From Pseudogymnoascus verrucosus (taxonomy: Eukaryota): DNA of 22,135 nucleotides. Position numbers and translations under genes: made by a program. The stretch's first letter is position 1. Every line of letters starts with the position of its first letter. The stretch lies in assembly GCA_001662655.1 (NCBI GenBank), contig KV460275.1; one strand, 5' to 3'. Positions 9,109-20,390 of the stretch are shown one piece after another. The notes below the pieces were generated by a model. It saw only the letters and a program-made list of their open reading frames with translations, did no database searches and was not told where the DNA came from.

Positions 9109-12100
9109 TTACTTTAACCCTTTGTCTCTTATAGTAGTAGCTGCTTATTGTAACGCTAGTAAGACGTTTAGGAAGGGTAGCTTCTATAAGGGCTATAGCT
9201 CTAAGGGTGCCCTAGCTTAGAGGGTGTTTAGTTTAGTGTTATAGGTAGCAATAACGCTGTTTTCCTCTACTTTGCTATGCCTCTTGTAATCGTAGCTTAG
9301 TTTGCCTATCTCCTATTCTATAATCTAGCTAGGTAGGTCCTATAGCAGTCCTAGTAGGTTTAGGTACTCTATATAGAACTCTTAGATTTTATAGGGGGAG
9401 TTCTTAAAGTTTAAGGCAGGGTACCATTCTAGGTCTAGATTATATCTAACCTAGGATACCTAGTATTAAAGTTGTTTTCACTAGGTCCTTATAGCAAGGA
9501 TCTTTTTAACCTCCTACTCCTCTAGGCTATCTACAACTTTGCTACTTAGCTTAGGCGCTGCTTAACTAGGCAGTAGGTTATTTAGAGCTTTAATGAGTAT
9601 GTCTAGAGAGAAGACATTATGTATTTAGGAACCCTTTAGTAAGTCTAGTTAGAAGGCGTGTCTAATTTGTTCTAGTACTATATAGGGTCTAACCTATTAT
9701 TGCCCTAGCTTACAGCTAGGGAGGTGATTTTTTAGATTCTTAGTTAATAGGTAAACCTTGTCTCCTACGTCCTAGTTAATAGCTTGTTAGCGTTAATTTA
9801 TATATTTAGACATATCCTCTTATGCTTTAGCTATGTTCTCCTTTGTGTAAATCTATATAGAGTGCATGTAGTTTGCTACTGCCTTAGCTTCCTTCTAGTT
9901 TATAACTTCCCTAGGGGTTATAGCTTTTAGGGTTTCCTAGTCCTAACTAGTACGTAGATTAGTTCTATACTTAAGTTAGTAGGGGGTTATTCTAATCAAG
10001 GCATAGTAAAGGGTCATTTATACCTAATCTATAATAGGAATAAGCTTGCTCTAGTTATCCTAGTAATATGATACAAAGGGCCTTAGTCTCTAATTAATAT
10101 ACTGATTTATAATTTCTATCTACCTGTTAGTCTGCTTATAATAGGCTATTAACAGCTTAATCTTAACCCCTATAATTCAGTAGAACTCTCGCTAGAAAGC
10201 TAATATGAATTAGGGTCTACAATTACTAATAATCAACTCTAGGGTGTATCTAAATTAATATATCCATTTAATGAATAGCTACGCCATTTAGCAAGCGTTA
10301 GTAGTCTTATAACATAGGATAGACACTAAACCCTTACTAAGTTAGTCTATAAACACTAGGATGCTGTTGAATCTGTGTTTATCCTTTAGGAATTCCTTAA
10401 AGTCCATTATTAGGTGTTATATAGGGTATTCTAGTACTAGTAAGGGGTATAAGAAGCCTTGCTACTTCGTAACGTTAATGTAAGTAAGTTGGCATGTTAC
10501 ATAGTTATGTATGTATTAGAGACAATCTGCTTCTATTCTAACCTAATGATACTTTAGGGCAAGTAACTAATAAGTTTTTCTACTACTAGGGTAGGCTACT
10601 AATACTTAATCGTGTGCTTCCTATATAAGTTTCATATATAACTTAGTGTGCTAGGTTATACACAGTTGACCCTTATATAACAATAGTTAGTCCTTTATTA
10701 TAAACCTATTAGGTAGGGGGTCCTTTATGCAAGTGTTAGTAAACGACCTCCTATTATCTATATAGAGCGCTTCTATTAGGTTAAAGGGGACCTAGGTGTT
10801 TAGGGCGTCTATTGCATTAATTAAGGCCATGTACGTTTGTGCTAATTTAGCACTAATTTAAGGGTGTAGTTAGGCTAGGCCTAACAGCACCCTTACATAG
10901 CTGTTAAGTTTAACCTTCTATTGTGTAATTAGGTCTTGCTCTCTTTAGCTTAGTATATCTGCCTTCTAATTGTTCTTGCTAGTAGTATATGTAATAGAGA
11001 AATTAAAGTTAGAGAGTAGCTCTATCTACTAAACCTACTTTGCTATAAGAACCTTCATTGTTATAAAGTATTCTAGTAATTAGTAATTAGTGTAAACGTT
11101 GATTTAGTAGCATACCAATGTTAATTCTAGCCTCTATTTTACAAACGCTTTTATAATAGCAAACAGTTCCTTATTATAAATCTCCTAATTAATCTTATGC
11201 CTAGATAGGACGTAACTATAGAAGCTTATAGGATACCATTGCTTATCTAGGTGTTCCTAAGAAAGAACACTAGCTACAACTCTGTTAGAGGAGTCTGTTT
11301 CTAGCTTTGTAGGCAATTTAGGGTTGAAGTAGTAGAGCGCCTACATAGCTAAAAGCTATTAGTGCATTTCTTTAAAAGCGTTCTTACATTCGTTAGTCTA
11401 TAGAAACAGTTCTAAGGGGCTAGTAATAGTAGTAAGAGGCTTAGCTATTTTCCTAAAATTTCTAATAAATTAGCAGTAGAAGCTGTAGAATCTAAGGTAA
11501 GACTTTACGCCTATGATAGTTGTTAGCTAGATCTAATTCTAGAGGGGTTTAATCTTCTTAGGATCTACTTTAACACTAGTAGTAGTTAGGATATAGCCTA
11601 AATACTTTGTCTAGGTTACGTTAAACTTACATTTCTTAATGTTAGCTTATAGTCCTACTTCTTAAAGCTGTTAAAGGACCTTATATATATAGTCTATATG
11701 TTCTATAGGGTCCTTAGAGTAGATTAGGATGTTGTCTAGGTAGGTAGTATAGAAGTTGTCTAAGTATTACATAAGAACGTTGTTTATATACCTCTAATAG
11801 GTTATAGGGCTGTTTGTTAAGCTAAACGGCAGCACTTTACATTTATAAGATCTATATTAAGTTTAGAAGGTTGTGTACTCTTTAGAGTTAGGGTCTATTT
11901 ATATACAATGGAAGGCTTGCCTAATGTCTAGCTTTATAAAGATTTTTGCCTTTACTACCTGTCCTAGTAGTTTGTTAATACATAGGATAGGGTAGGGGTT
12001 GTTATAGGTAAGTCTGTTTAACTTCTAGTAGTTAATACAAAATCTTAGTTTACTATCTGCCTTCTTTACAAACAGTATAGGGGAGGCAAACAGGCTATTG

Positions 12101-13344
12101 CTATTAACTATAAAGCCTTTCTTAAGGTTCTCTAATAGGTATTGTTTAGTTGCCTTAAGCTCTTTAGTGCTTTATTAGTATAGTGGTGAAAAAGCATTTA
12201 GTAAAGGGGCTTCTAGCTATATCCTATAATTGTATATATAATGTAAGGGAAGCTAATTAGATTCTAACTTTAAGAAGACATTAGAATAGTTACAGTGCAT
12301 ATACAGAAGCTTGTCCTAAATGAGGTAGAGCGTTTCTTTATCCTTAGCTGCTTCCCTCTCTTAGATAATCTAGTTAATCTTATAGATGCTTGTTATAAAG
12401 AACTTAGAGTCGCTTTACATTATCTTATAGTAGAAAGCGTTTGCGCTAATCTTGTAAATTTAGACTAGTGTAAAGCTATGTACTAGGGTCTAGCGTTAGG
12501 AAAGAGAGAAGACTCTACCCCTCCTATAATTCTTTCTCTTATATGTAGATAGTCTGTTTCTTAGAGGTTTTGCCTCTACTTGCCCTAAGGGTCTGTCTTT
12601 ATAGGTTTCTATAGGTAAGGCTTATGTCCTTAGGGTTTTAGGGTGTAGGTGGGTTGTTCCCTTGTCTTGCACTAAGCTTAGTAAGGTAATTATAATAGCG
12701 TTATAATAGGCTATTATCACTTTCATTAGTATTGAGCGTCTACCCTTACGTTGTCTATTGTTATAGTTAATGGCATTGTCCTACTAGTTTGCATCTAATT
12801 AATAGGCAGGGTGACGTATAGACAGTTCACGCAAGTAGTAGGGCAAGGTAATCTCTTTACTCTAGCTAGGAGTAGGCAGGTACTCCTTTAGCCATACTAG
12901 CCAGCTCTTTATAGAGTTAAGTAGGATTTAGAAGTAGCTAAAAAGCTTCTTCCTAATTATTACATCTTACGCTCTAAGATCTAGGAGCATAAAGGGGTAG
13001 TTATATATTTAGCGTCCTTTAACTATTAAGTGTAACTAAATATACTCTAATACGTAGCTTTAGATATTTTGCTAAAATCCACATATAAGTACAGAGTAGG
13101 GCAGTTTCTATATAGGGCTTTAAAGCGCTTTCAACAGCTATTACATAAAAGGCTTATTAATAACAAGGTAGCCATTTGCTCCTATGTTAGTAAGTGACTT
13201 CGTTTACACCCTAAGTCCATTTATACTTAGGGTTGTATCAATGAGAAATTAGAAGCCTCCTAAGAGTTCTTATAAATCTAGTCCTTATAGATTACATTTG
13301 CATAGACCTAGGAAGGAGCCTTTCCCTAGGCCTTGTCGTTTTCC
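9109..13344 (-). pseudogene. pol: pol of older family-A copy
   Basis: Same length as and colinear with 2535-6770. Many more stops. Confidence 0.93.
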
Positions 13345-14534
13345 TCTAGGGACGTATCTAACTAGTAGGCAACTACTTCCTCCTACTACTCCTTGTCCTT
13401 AGGGGCTTTGCAATCAATCTCCTTAACAGTAGGGTTAAGTAGGCATTTGTCCTAGAAATGGCCTAGCTTGCTATACTTAAAACAGTTCCTAGACGTAGCT
13501 AGCACAGTAGTCTGTACGCAGCCTATAATGTCTAGCTTAGGGGCTATAGGCATAAAGGGAGTCCTCTAGAAGGAAACTAGAGGGCTTCTTATCTGCCTTA
13601 GTAGCTAGGCCTTTCTAGGGTCTATAGGCGTAAACCTAGATAAGCTTAGGCAGGTAGGTCCTTAGGAGCTTAACTTGCTACTCTTAGACAGGAAGCTTAA
13701 CTCGTTATTCTAGCGCCACTCCTAATTAAAGGCAGTAAGTTCTTAGACTATAGTGTAGTAGTCTCCCTTCTATTAGCTTTTAATAACTGCTATGCAGCTA
13801 TAGAATTAAGGGGTTAACTTGTTCTATATATACTAAAACCATTCTAACTTAGTAACCTGTCCTATAATAGCTGCACTTTAGAAGCGAGCTTTAAACTCTA
13901 AGAAAGTCTTGTTTATATGTCCTTTCTCTCCTATTTAGAGGTTGTTAAAGAGGTTCTAGGCCTGTTCCGTTTCGTTGCTAGTAAGGTAATATAAACCTAA
14001 TAGGTCCATTATCTCGTTAGCACTCTAAAACCTATGTGTTGTAGATAGGTATTAGGGTTTAAGGTACTTCTTTACTAAGCTAGTTGTAGTTCCCTATATT
14101 AACACTCTCCTTAAGACGTTAGTAGGGTAGTAATCCTCATTAACTATAAGGTAGTCCTAAATAGACGCACTCTATTACATAAAGGTATGTTCTATCCTAT
14201 TGCTAAGTGGCGTAATCTTCTTAGAGATAGTGGATTTCTTATAGCGATTTAGAGGGTCCTTAGAATACCTCCTTAGAATCGATAGAGAATAAGTGTTTTA
14301 AAGAGGCAGTAACTAAACTGTCTTAAGGGTATTTTGTATAAGGGAAGTTCATTGCTCCTCAACTTCAACAGTGTCTACTAGTAGCGTAGACAGTATTCTA
14401 GTCTAGGTTGCTACTAGGTTAGCTATCATTTCCTTAATCTCTTGTATCTAGATCTTAAGGTTTGCTATTTAATCTAGTATGTTATTAGTAGGTGTAGTAG
14501 TTGTAGCTATAGTAGTAGTTTATCTTCTTAACAT
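13326..14534 (-). pseudogene. gag: gag of older family-A copy
   Basis: Colinear with 6752-7960 (1209 nt). ATG retained at 14534. Confidence 0.86.
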
Positions 14535-14945
14535 TTGTAACAGTTAACTATCATTGTCTTAGGGGATGTTTAAGGTCATTTTCCTTATATTAGTTTAGGG
14601 GTGTATTAGTGTTAATACAAAAGAGTTTAACTTCTAGTAGCTTATAGCTATTAACACTCTTGTTTACAATTGCCTCTATACTTAAGGGGGTTCTTAAGGA
14701 TCTCGTATCCTATTTAGTGCTAACGCATTAGCGACTTTACTAGCTTGCTCTATAGGATTAAACCCTAATCTACTAGCTATCTATAAGTTCTCTAAGGTTA
14801 TAGCTATTTAAAGTTGTTAGGTCTTTACTTTAAAATGTCACTAAGTTGCAGTTAGTAGTGTTTTAACAGTTCTCCTAAGTTGTTCTAGTTATAGGATATT
14901 ATTTAAGTACAGCTGTCCCTAGTAGGCGTAATCTTTTTTATATAA

Positions 14946-15244
14946 TGTAAGGACATAGGGCACTATATTACAAGAAGTTGCATATAGGAGTGTAAGTTAG
15001 ATATAAGTTAGTACTATCCTATAGGTCTACTATAAAGGATATAAAAAAGATAAAGGTGTAACCCTATATAGCTGTTCCCTTAAAATACCTAAAACTGCTC
15101 TAACTTAGCTAGCTCCCTATTTGCCTAAGGCTTCCTTACATTATGTGTCTAAGGCTATTAGTTGCAACTGACCTACAATAGCCCTAAGTCTTAATGGCGC
15201 TATATAACAGCTGTAACTACCCTAAGTAAGGAGGCATCCTTACA
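14946..15244 (-). repeat. 5' LTR of older family-A copy
   Basis: 299 bp, tgtaagga...tccttaca. Adjacent PBS atcttttttatat (14931-14943) is complementary to 15039-15051. Confidence 0.96.
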
Positions 15245-15623
15245 TTATCCTAATAAGGAGGTCTATAAAGACTACTAAGAAAGCCTATTATAAGTATTAG
15301 AGTAACTAGAGCTAGAGGATAACTATAAAGGTCTATAGCCTATAGAAATCTAGGCTATAAATAGCTACTACTTTAATAGGGCTACTACTAATAAGGAAGG
15401 GGACAAACTATAGACATAAGACATATCTAAGATTAATTACCCCTAGTATAAATTTATACTATAGTTATAGTGTTATACTTAGGACTACTTATAGCACTAC
15501 CTTAAGAAGATAGACTATGCTTACTTCCTTACTAGATAAAGACTAGTCTACTATAACTAGGAGGTAATAAAGGGGATCCTTATAAAGTAATAATCTACTA
15601 GATAATTAAAGTTAAAAAACTAG
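15245..15623 (+). pseudogene. gag: 3' end of family-B gag
   Basis: Frame ends tta aaa aac tag (15612-15623) with slippery heptamer A AAA AAC (15614-15620). The protease frame is -1 to it. Confidence 0.62.
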
Positions 15624-17038
15624 GAGTCCTTAATAGTAGGCTACTAATAAGTAATAATAAGAGGCTTAGTAAGGAATAGCTATATACTATAGAGGGTAGT
15701 ATATAGCTATATATAGTTACTAAGATATAATAGTAACACCTCTAAGTAATAATTAACTTAGGAGTAATAGGCAACTTTATAATAAAGAAAGTAGTAGACT
15801 CTTAAGGTTTTAAGACATAATTAAAAACTAAACCTTACCTACTAATAGTTATAGATAGAGAACCTATCTTAACTAATAAGGGAATAGTAACCTATAAGAT
15901 AGTCCTATTAGAAATAGTTATACTATATAGATATAAGGAAATAATCTAATTTAACATTATATATATAGATAATTATATATATATCCTTAGTATACTATAG
16001 CTTAAGAAATATAATCCCTAGATTAACTAGTAGAATAAGAAAGTTATAATAAGCTAGTATATATATAAATAACAAACAGACATGCTATAATAGGAGAAAC
16101 CCTCCTAAGGCTAATATAAGGTGTAAATAACCTCTATAGAGCCTAGTAACCTAGCCTAGGCACCCTTACTAATAAATATACTAGTAGAGTATAAGGAATA
16201 TAAGTAGCTATTCTAGGAAGGCCCTAAGAATAAGGCACTTCCTAAGTACTAACTATAGGATTATATAATACCTTTAAAAGAAGGAAAGAGTCTACTATTT
16301 AGACTAATATACTAGATGTTAGTAGATAAGTTAAAACTGTTAAAGGAATATATTAATAATAACCTTAAGAAAGGATTTATTAGACTATCTAAATCTCTTA
16401 TAAGAAGCCTAATGTTATAAGTTCCTAAGAAGGATAGAAGTAAACAACTATATATAGACTATTAAGCATTAAATAATATAATAATAAAGGATTAATACAC
16501 CTTACTATTAATTAATAAGTTATATAATAGATTCTAAGGAGCTAAGATCTTTACTAAGCTAGATCTATATAGTATATATAACCTAATCTAGATAGCTAAT
16601 AGTAAGGAGTAGAAAATAGCATTCTATACCTACTATAGCCTATTTAAATATTAAGTTATACCCTTTAGGCTAACTAATGCCTATACATCTATATAATGCT
16701 TAATAAATAACACTTTATATAAATACCTAGATATATTTACTATTATTTACCTAGATGATATACTAGTATACTTAGTAAATAAGGACAAACATATATAGTA
16801 TGTTAAGCTTATCCTAAGAAAGCTAAAGGAATACAACCTACTATTAAAGCTAGAGAAGTATAAGTTCTATAAAAGCTAAGTTAAATTCTTAGGTTACATT
16901 ATTAGAACGTATAGTATTAAAATAGACTAAGTAAAGGTTATAGTAGTATTAGAATAGCTAATACTAACTATAGTTAAGGAAGTATAAGCTTTTTTAGACT
17001 TTACTAACTTTTACTATTAGTTTATTATAGGATATTCT

Positions 17039-17527
17039 TATTATAGTAGGTTTCTATAACCCCTATACTAACACATTAATTAATGGGGTAATCTAGGTTA
17101 TAGTGTTTTAAATGTAGATTATAAGGATATAGGTTTGCTTAAGAACGCTCCTAGGAGAAGTCTTCTAAGAGAGCTCTCCTAAAAGTAATAGGCTCCTAGA
17201 AGAGTTCTTCTAGAAGAGTTAGTCTCCTAGAAGAACTCTCCTAGAAGAGGAACTCTTATAGAAGAGAATTCACATAATTAGATATATTAGATATATAGAT
17301 ATATTATTATATCCATTAATATCCCTATATCTATTAGGTATAATGCTACTATATAAGTAAATAGTTAGTTCTTAGATAGGAGCTTTATGCTTAACTTAAC
17401 ATAGTATTTATTATATACTATAACATGTTTTATAAAAGCCTTTATGTCTAATCCTATACCTCCTCTATTAAGTAAACTAATGTAATGAAACCTCTATAAG
17501 TCTTATAGTTTAGGACCTAGCGTTATA
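17039..17527. mobile_element. Solo LTR of a third family (489 bp)
   Basis: Flanked by perfect 5-bp TSD attct (17034-17038, 17528-17532). Ends tattata../..cgttata fit RIP of TG..CA. Removing it restores pol ..GYS|KVA..L.ELTRKD. Confidence 0.88.
17141..17267. repeat. Degenerate tandem array (~8 copies of ctcctagaagag-like unit) in the solo LTR
   Basis: Repeated ctcctagaaga/cttctagaaga units at roughly 14-20 bp spacing. Confidence 0.8.
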
Positions 17528-19272
17528 ATTCTAAGGTAGCCTAACTACTTATAGAGCTTACTAGGAAGGATCTTATATTTAAATAGATAGATAAAGTAGA
17601 GGCTACCTTCTAGGAACTTAAGACAAAGTTTATAGAGGCACCTATCCTTACTACATTTAACCCTATAAAGAAGATTATCCTTAAGATAGACTCTTCTAAC
17701 TTTATAATTAGAGTATATCTAAATTAGCTATATAAGAATAGTAAGTTTAAACTAATTATATACTACTCTAAGAAACTATTACCTATAGAGCTTAACTATA
17801 ACATCTATAATAAGGAGCTACTAGCTATTATTATTACCTTTAAGTAATAGTAAGTATATCTTAAGGAATCTACCTATACTATATAAGTATAAATAGATTA
17901 TATAAACCTTATATACTTTACTATAACTAAGGTTCTAAACTATAGATAAGTCTACTAGATAGAAACCCTTATAGCCTATAACTTTATAATAACCTATTAT
18001 AAAGGCTCTAAGAACATAAGAGTAGATGCCCTTAGTAGATAGACTAACTACATTAGCCTAAAGGTAGAAAGACCTAGAGTAATATTAAAGAAAACAGATA
18101 TAAGAATATAGTATAATAAGTTACTAGATACTACTACTTCCTAGGTATAAGGAAGTAAGTAGAAATAGTAGTAAGAGAGTATAATATTTATAGTAAGGTG
18201 AAATCTAATAGGCACTTACCTTATAGACAGCTTAAGTTAACACTAGTACTAAAAGGAGTATAGAAATTAATAGCATTAGACTTTATTATTAAGCTACTAC
18301 CCTCTAAAGACCTATTAATAGAAGTAGAATATAACTCTATCCTTATTATTATAGAAAGACTTATAAAATATAGGAAATTTATACTATATCTAGAAGCTAG
18401 TAATGCTAAGGCACTTATATATACCTTTATTTAAGTTATATTAGCTAATTATAAGATGCTAGAAGAAATTATCTTAGATAGAGACAAGCTCTTTACTTTA
18501 AAATTCTAGAAATCATTAATGGCTCTATTAGGAATAAATCATAAGCTATTAATAGCTTTTTATCCTTAGATAGATAGCTAAATAGAAAGATTAAATTAAA
18601 CCCTTAAATAGTACCTATAAAGTTATGTTAATTATTAGTAGGATAACTAGGTTTAGATTTTACCTATTATATAGTTTATATATAACAGTGTAATAATAGA
18701 AGTAATAAAAGTCTTACTATTCTTTACTAATTATAGCTACTAGCTAGAAGTATATAGGTAACTAAGACTAGATAAAGCATAAGCTAAACAAGCCCTAATT
18801 ATAGTAGAATAACTAAAATCGTTCTATAAACAACTTATAATAGACATCTAATTCTTAAATGAATAATCTACTATATATATAAATAAGAAGTATAGTATAG
18901 AACCTACCTTTAAGGAGAGGGATAAAGTATACCTACTCTAGAAATACATTAAAACAAAATGACTAAGTATAAAGTTAGACTTTAAGAAATTAGGACTATT
19001 TAAAATATTAGATAAGGTTAGCTTAGTTAATTATAGGCTATAGCTACTTAAGAACTCTAAACTCTACCTAGTGTTTTATATCTTGTTATTAGAACTAGTA
19101 AGAGGGAATACCCTAATTATAACTAATACTAAACTCTAGCTTAAGAATAAAATTATTAAATATAAGGTTAAAGTAATCCTAGATAGAAGGTTAGTAGGAT
19201 GCTAAGAGGAGTTTTTAATAAAATAGAAAGGTTATAAACCTATAGATAACTTATAAGAAATAGTAGGAAACC

Positions 19273-19866
19273 TTAGTTACCTAGAGTTACTAGTAGGGTT
19301 CTACTATTAATACCCTAGTAATTAAAGAACCTAGGGGATAAGGCTAATAAGTAGTTATATTTAGAGATAATACTCCTAGAGTTAGTTATAAAAGGGCTAG
19401 TAAGGTAAGTATAGGCTTTAGCTTTATACTACTTACATTCCTCTACTTCCTCTAGCTTATCTAAGGTCTTTAGGCTATAATAAAGTATCTTAGTACCTTA
19501 GGTCTTAAGAAGATCCTACTACTACTTAAGGTAGTTAAGATAGGCTATAGCTATAGCTATAGCTTTATAAGTTATATAAGTTTTAAGATAAAGATAGTCC
19601 TCTTCTTTCTATAGTAACTACTAGTTACTAGTAGAGGGACTAGAGACGTTATAGTTATAGGAATTTAAATGAATACATTTATTACATTATTTAGAAGAAG
19701 TAGAGGTAAGGTAGTAAAGACCTTATTTCTTATAGTAGGAATAAGAAGGAATTTTAACCCCTTTATAGGTTATTTAGTTAGTAAGAAGTTTATACTCTTT
19801 AATTTTAGTATGTTTAAATAAAGATATAGTTATAGCCTAACCTACTCTATAGATAGTAGTAGGCAT
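19273..19866 (-). pseudogene. Antisense accessory ORF of family B (~197 aa): Zn(II)2Cys6-like cluster plus predicted coiled coil
   Basis: ATG at 19866. In-frame codons TAT-x2-TAT-x6-TAC-x8-TGT-x2-TGT-x7-TAT (19743-19651) revert by TA->TG to C-x2-C-x6-C-x8-C-x2-C-x7-C. Downstream literal KEED..LKTLDKLEEVEE. The stop position is inferred. Confidence 0.68.
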
Positions 19867-19926
19867 TACCCTACTTAAGTAGTTAGTACATTTCTTAGTT
19901 AGTAAGACCTAGGGGCTAGGCCTTTT

Positions 19927-19935
19927 AGGGAGGGA
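19927..19935 (+). other. Polypurine tract of family B
   Basis: agggaggga 5 nt before the tgttata LTR start. Confidence 0.7.
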
Positions 19936-19940
19936 CCTAG

Positions 19941-20290
19941 TGTTATAGCTAGCATTTATAGCTATACTTTTACTAACATACTAGTTATAGTAGTAATGAA
20001 TATATTAGTAATTTAGCTACCCTTAAGGTAGGGTTAACATTAAGTAATAGAGTTTTCTTAGGCACCTACTTCTATAGGTACTAGAGAATTCCTAGGCACT
20101 TAAGGAATACTAGGTACTAGATAGAGTAGGTACTAGACTCTTTCTAAGTACCTAACTATTATAGGGTACTAGATAGAGTAGGTACTAGACTATTTATAAG
20201 CACTTCCTTATAAGATCCCTATATAATAGAATAGTAGGAATAGTAAGAATAGTAATAGAGTTTACTATTCTAACTATTCCCTTTAGTATA
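19941..20290 (+). repeat. 3' LTR of family B (right end cut by the DNA transposon)
   Basis: Starts TG after the PPT. Contains a perfect 27-bp direct repeat (20113-20139, 20165-20191) and TATA-like tatttataag (20191). No second copy in the window. Confidence 0.72.
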
Positions 20291-20337
20291 ACGTGGGTAG
20301 ACATGACCCTATGCACAATAGGACCCTATGCACTTTT
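20291..20337. repeat. Left terminal inverted repeat with internal direct repeat
   Basis: gaccctatgcac occurs twice (20305-20316, 20322-20333). Confidence 0.88.
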
Positions 20338-20390
20338 CCTTAGCATTAAACTTTGAATATTAATAAATTAACTACAACACATTAAATTAA

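Larger units (their letters stand above)
8671..15244 (-). mobile_element. Older family-A copy, main part (rest of accessory gene, pol, gag, 5' LTR)
   Basis: Colinear with 2106-8670 (offset 6565, then 6574 after a 9-bp insertion near 9020). More AT-rich and CpG-depleted than the inner copy. Confidence 0.96.
15614..19325 (+). pseudogene. pol: Family-B pol (PR-RT-RH-IN-chromodomain), interrupted by a solo LTR and an internal deletion
   Basis: RIP-reverted motifs: IDSGATGNF (~15752-15778), IFTKLDL, YLDD (16748-16759, literal), ETDSSDF, DKELLAI, ALDFI, DRDKLFT, FHPQTDGQTERLNQ, KLDFKKLGPF, and chromodomain YEVE.ILD..FLIKWKGY (~19160-19310). End is approximate. Confidence 0.92.
15245..20290 (+). 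mobile_element. Second Ty3/Gypsy chromovirus (family B), heavily RIP-mutated; 5' part not in view
   Basis: gag end, PR, RT, RH, IN, chromodomain, PPT and LTR in order on the + strand. Its LTR does not resemble the family-A LTR. Confidence 0.93.

Noticed and set aside
875..15244. Tandem elements sharing a central LTR (LTR-int-LTR-int-LTR)
   Set aside because: The sequence after the middle LTR resumes mid-gene at a TSD rather than at the PPT, so this is a nested insertion.
17141..17267. CRISPR-like repeat array
   Set aside because: Short degenerate units without unique spacers, inside a eukaryotic LTR.
19545..19565. (gctata)n microsatellite
   Set aside because: Explained as RIP-converged Ala/Met-type codons in the antisense ORF.
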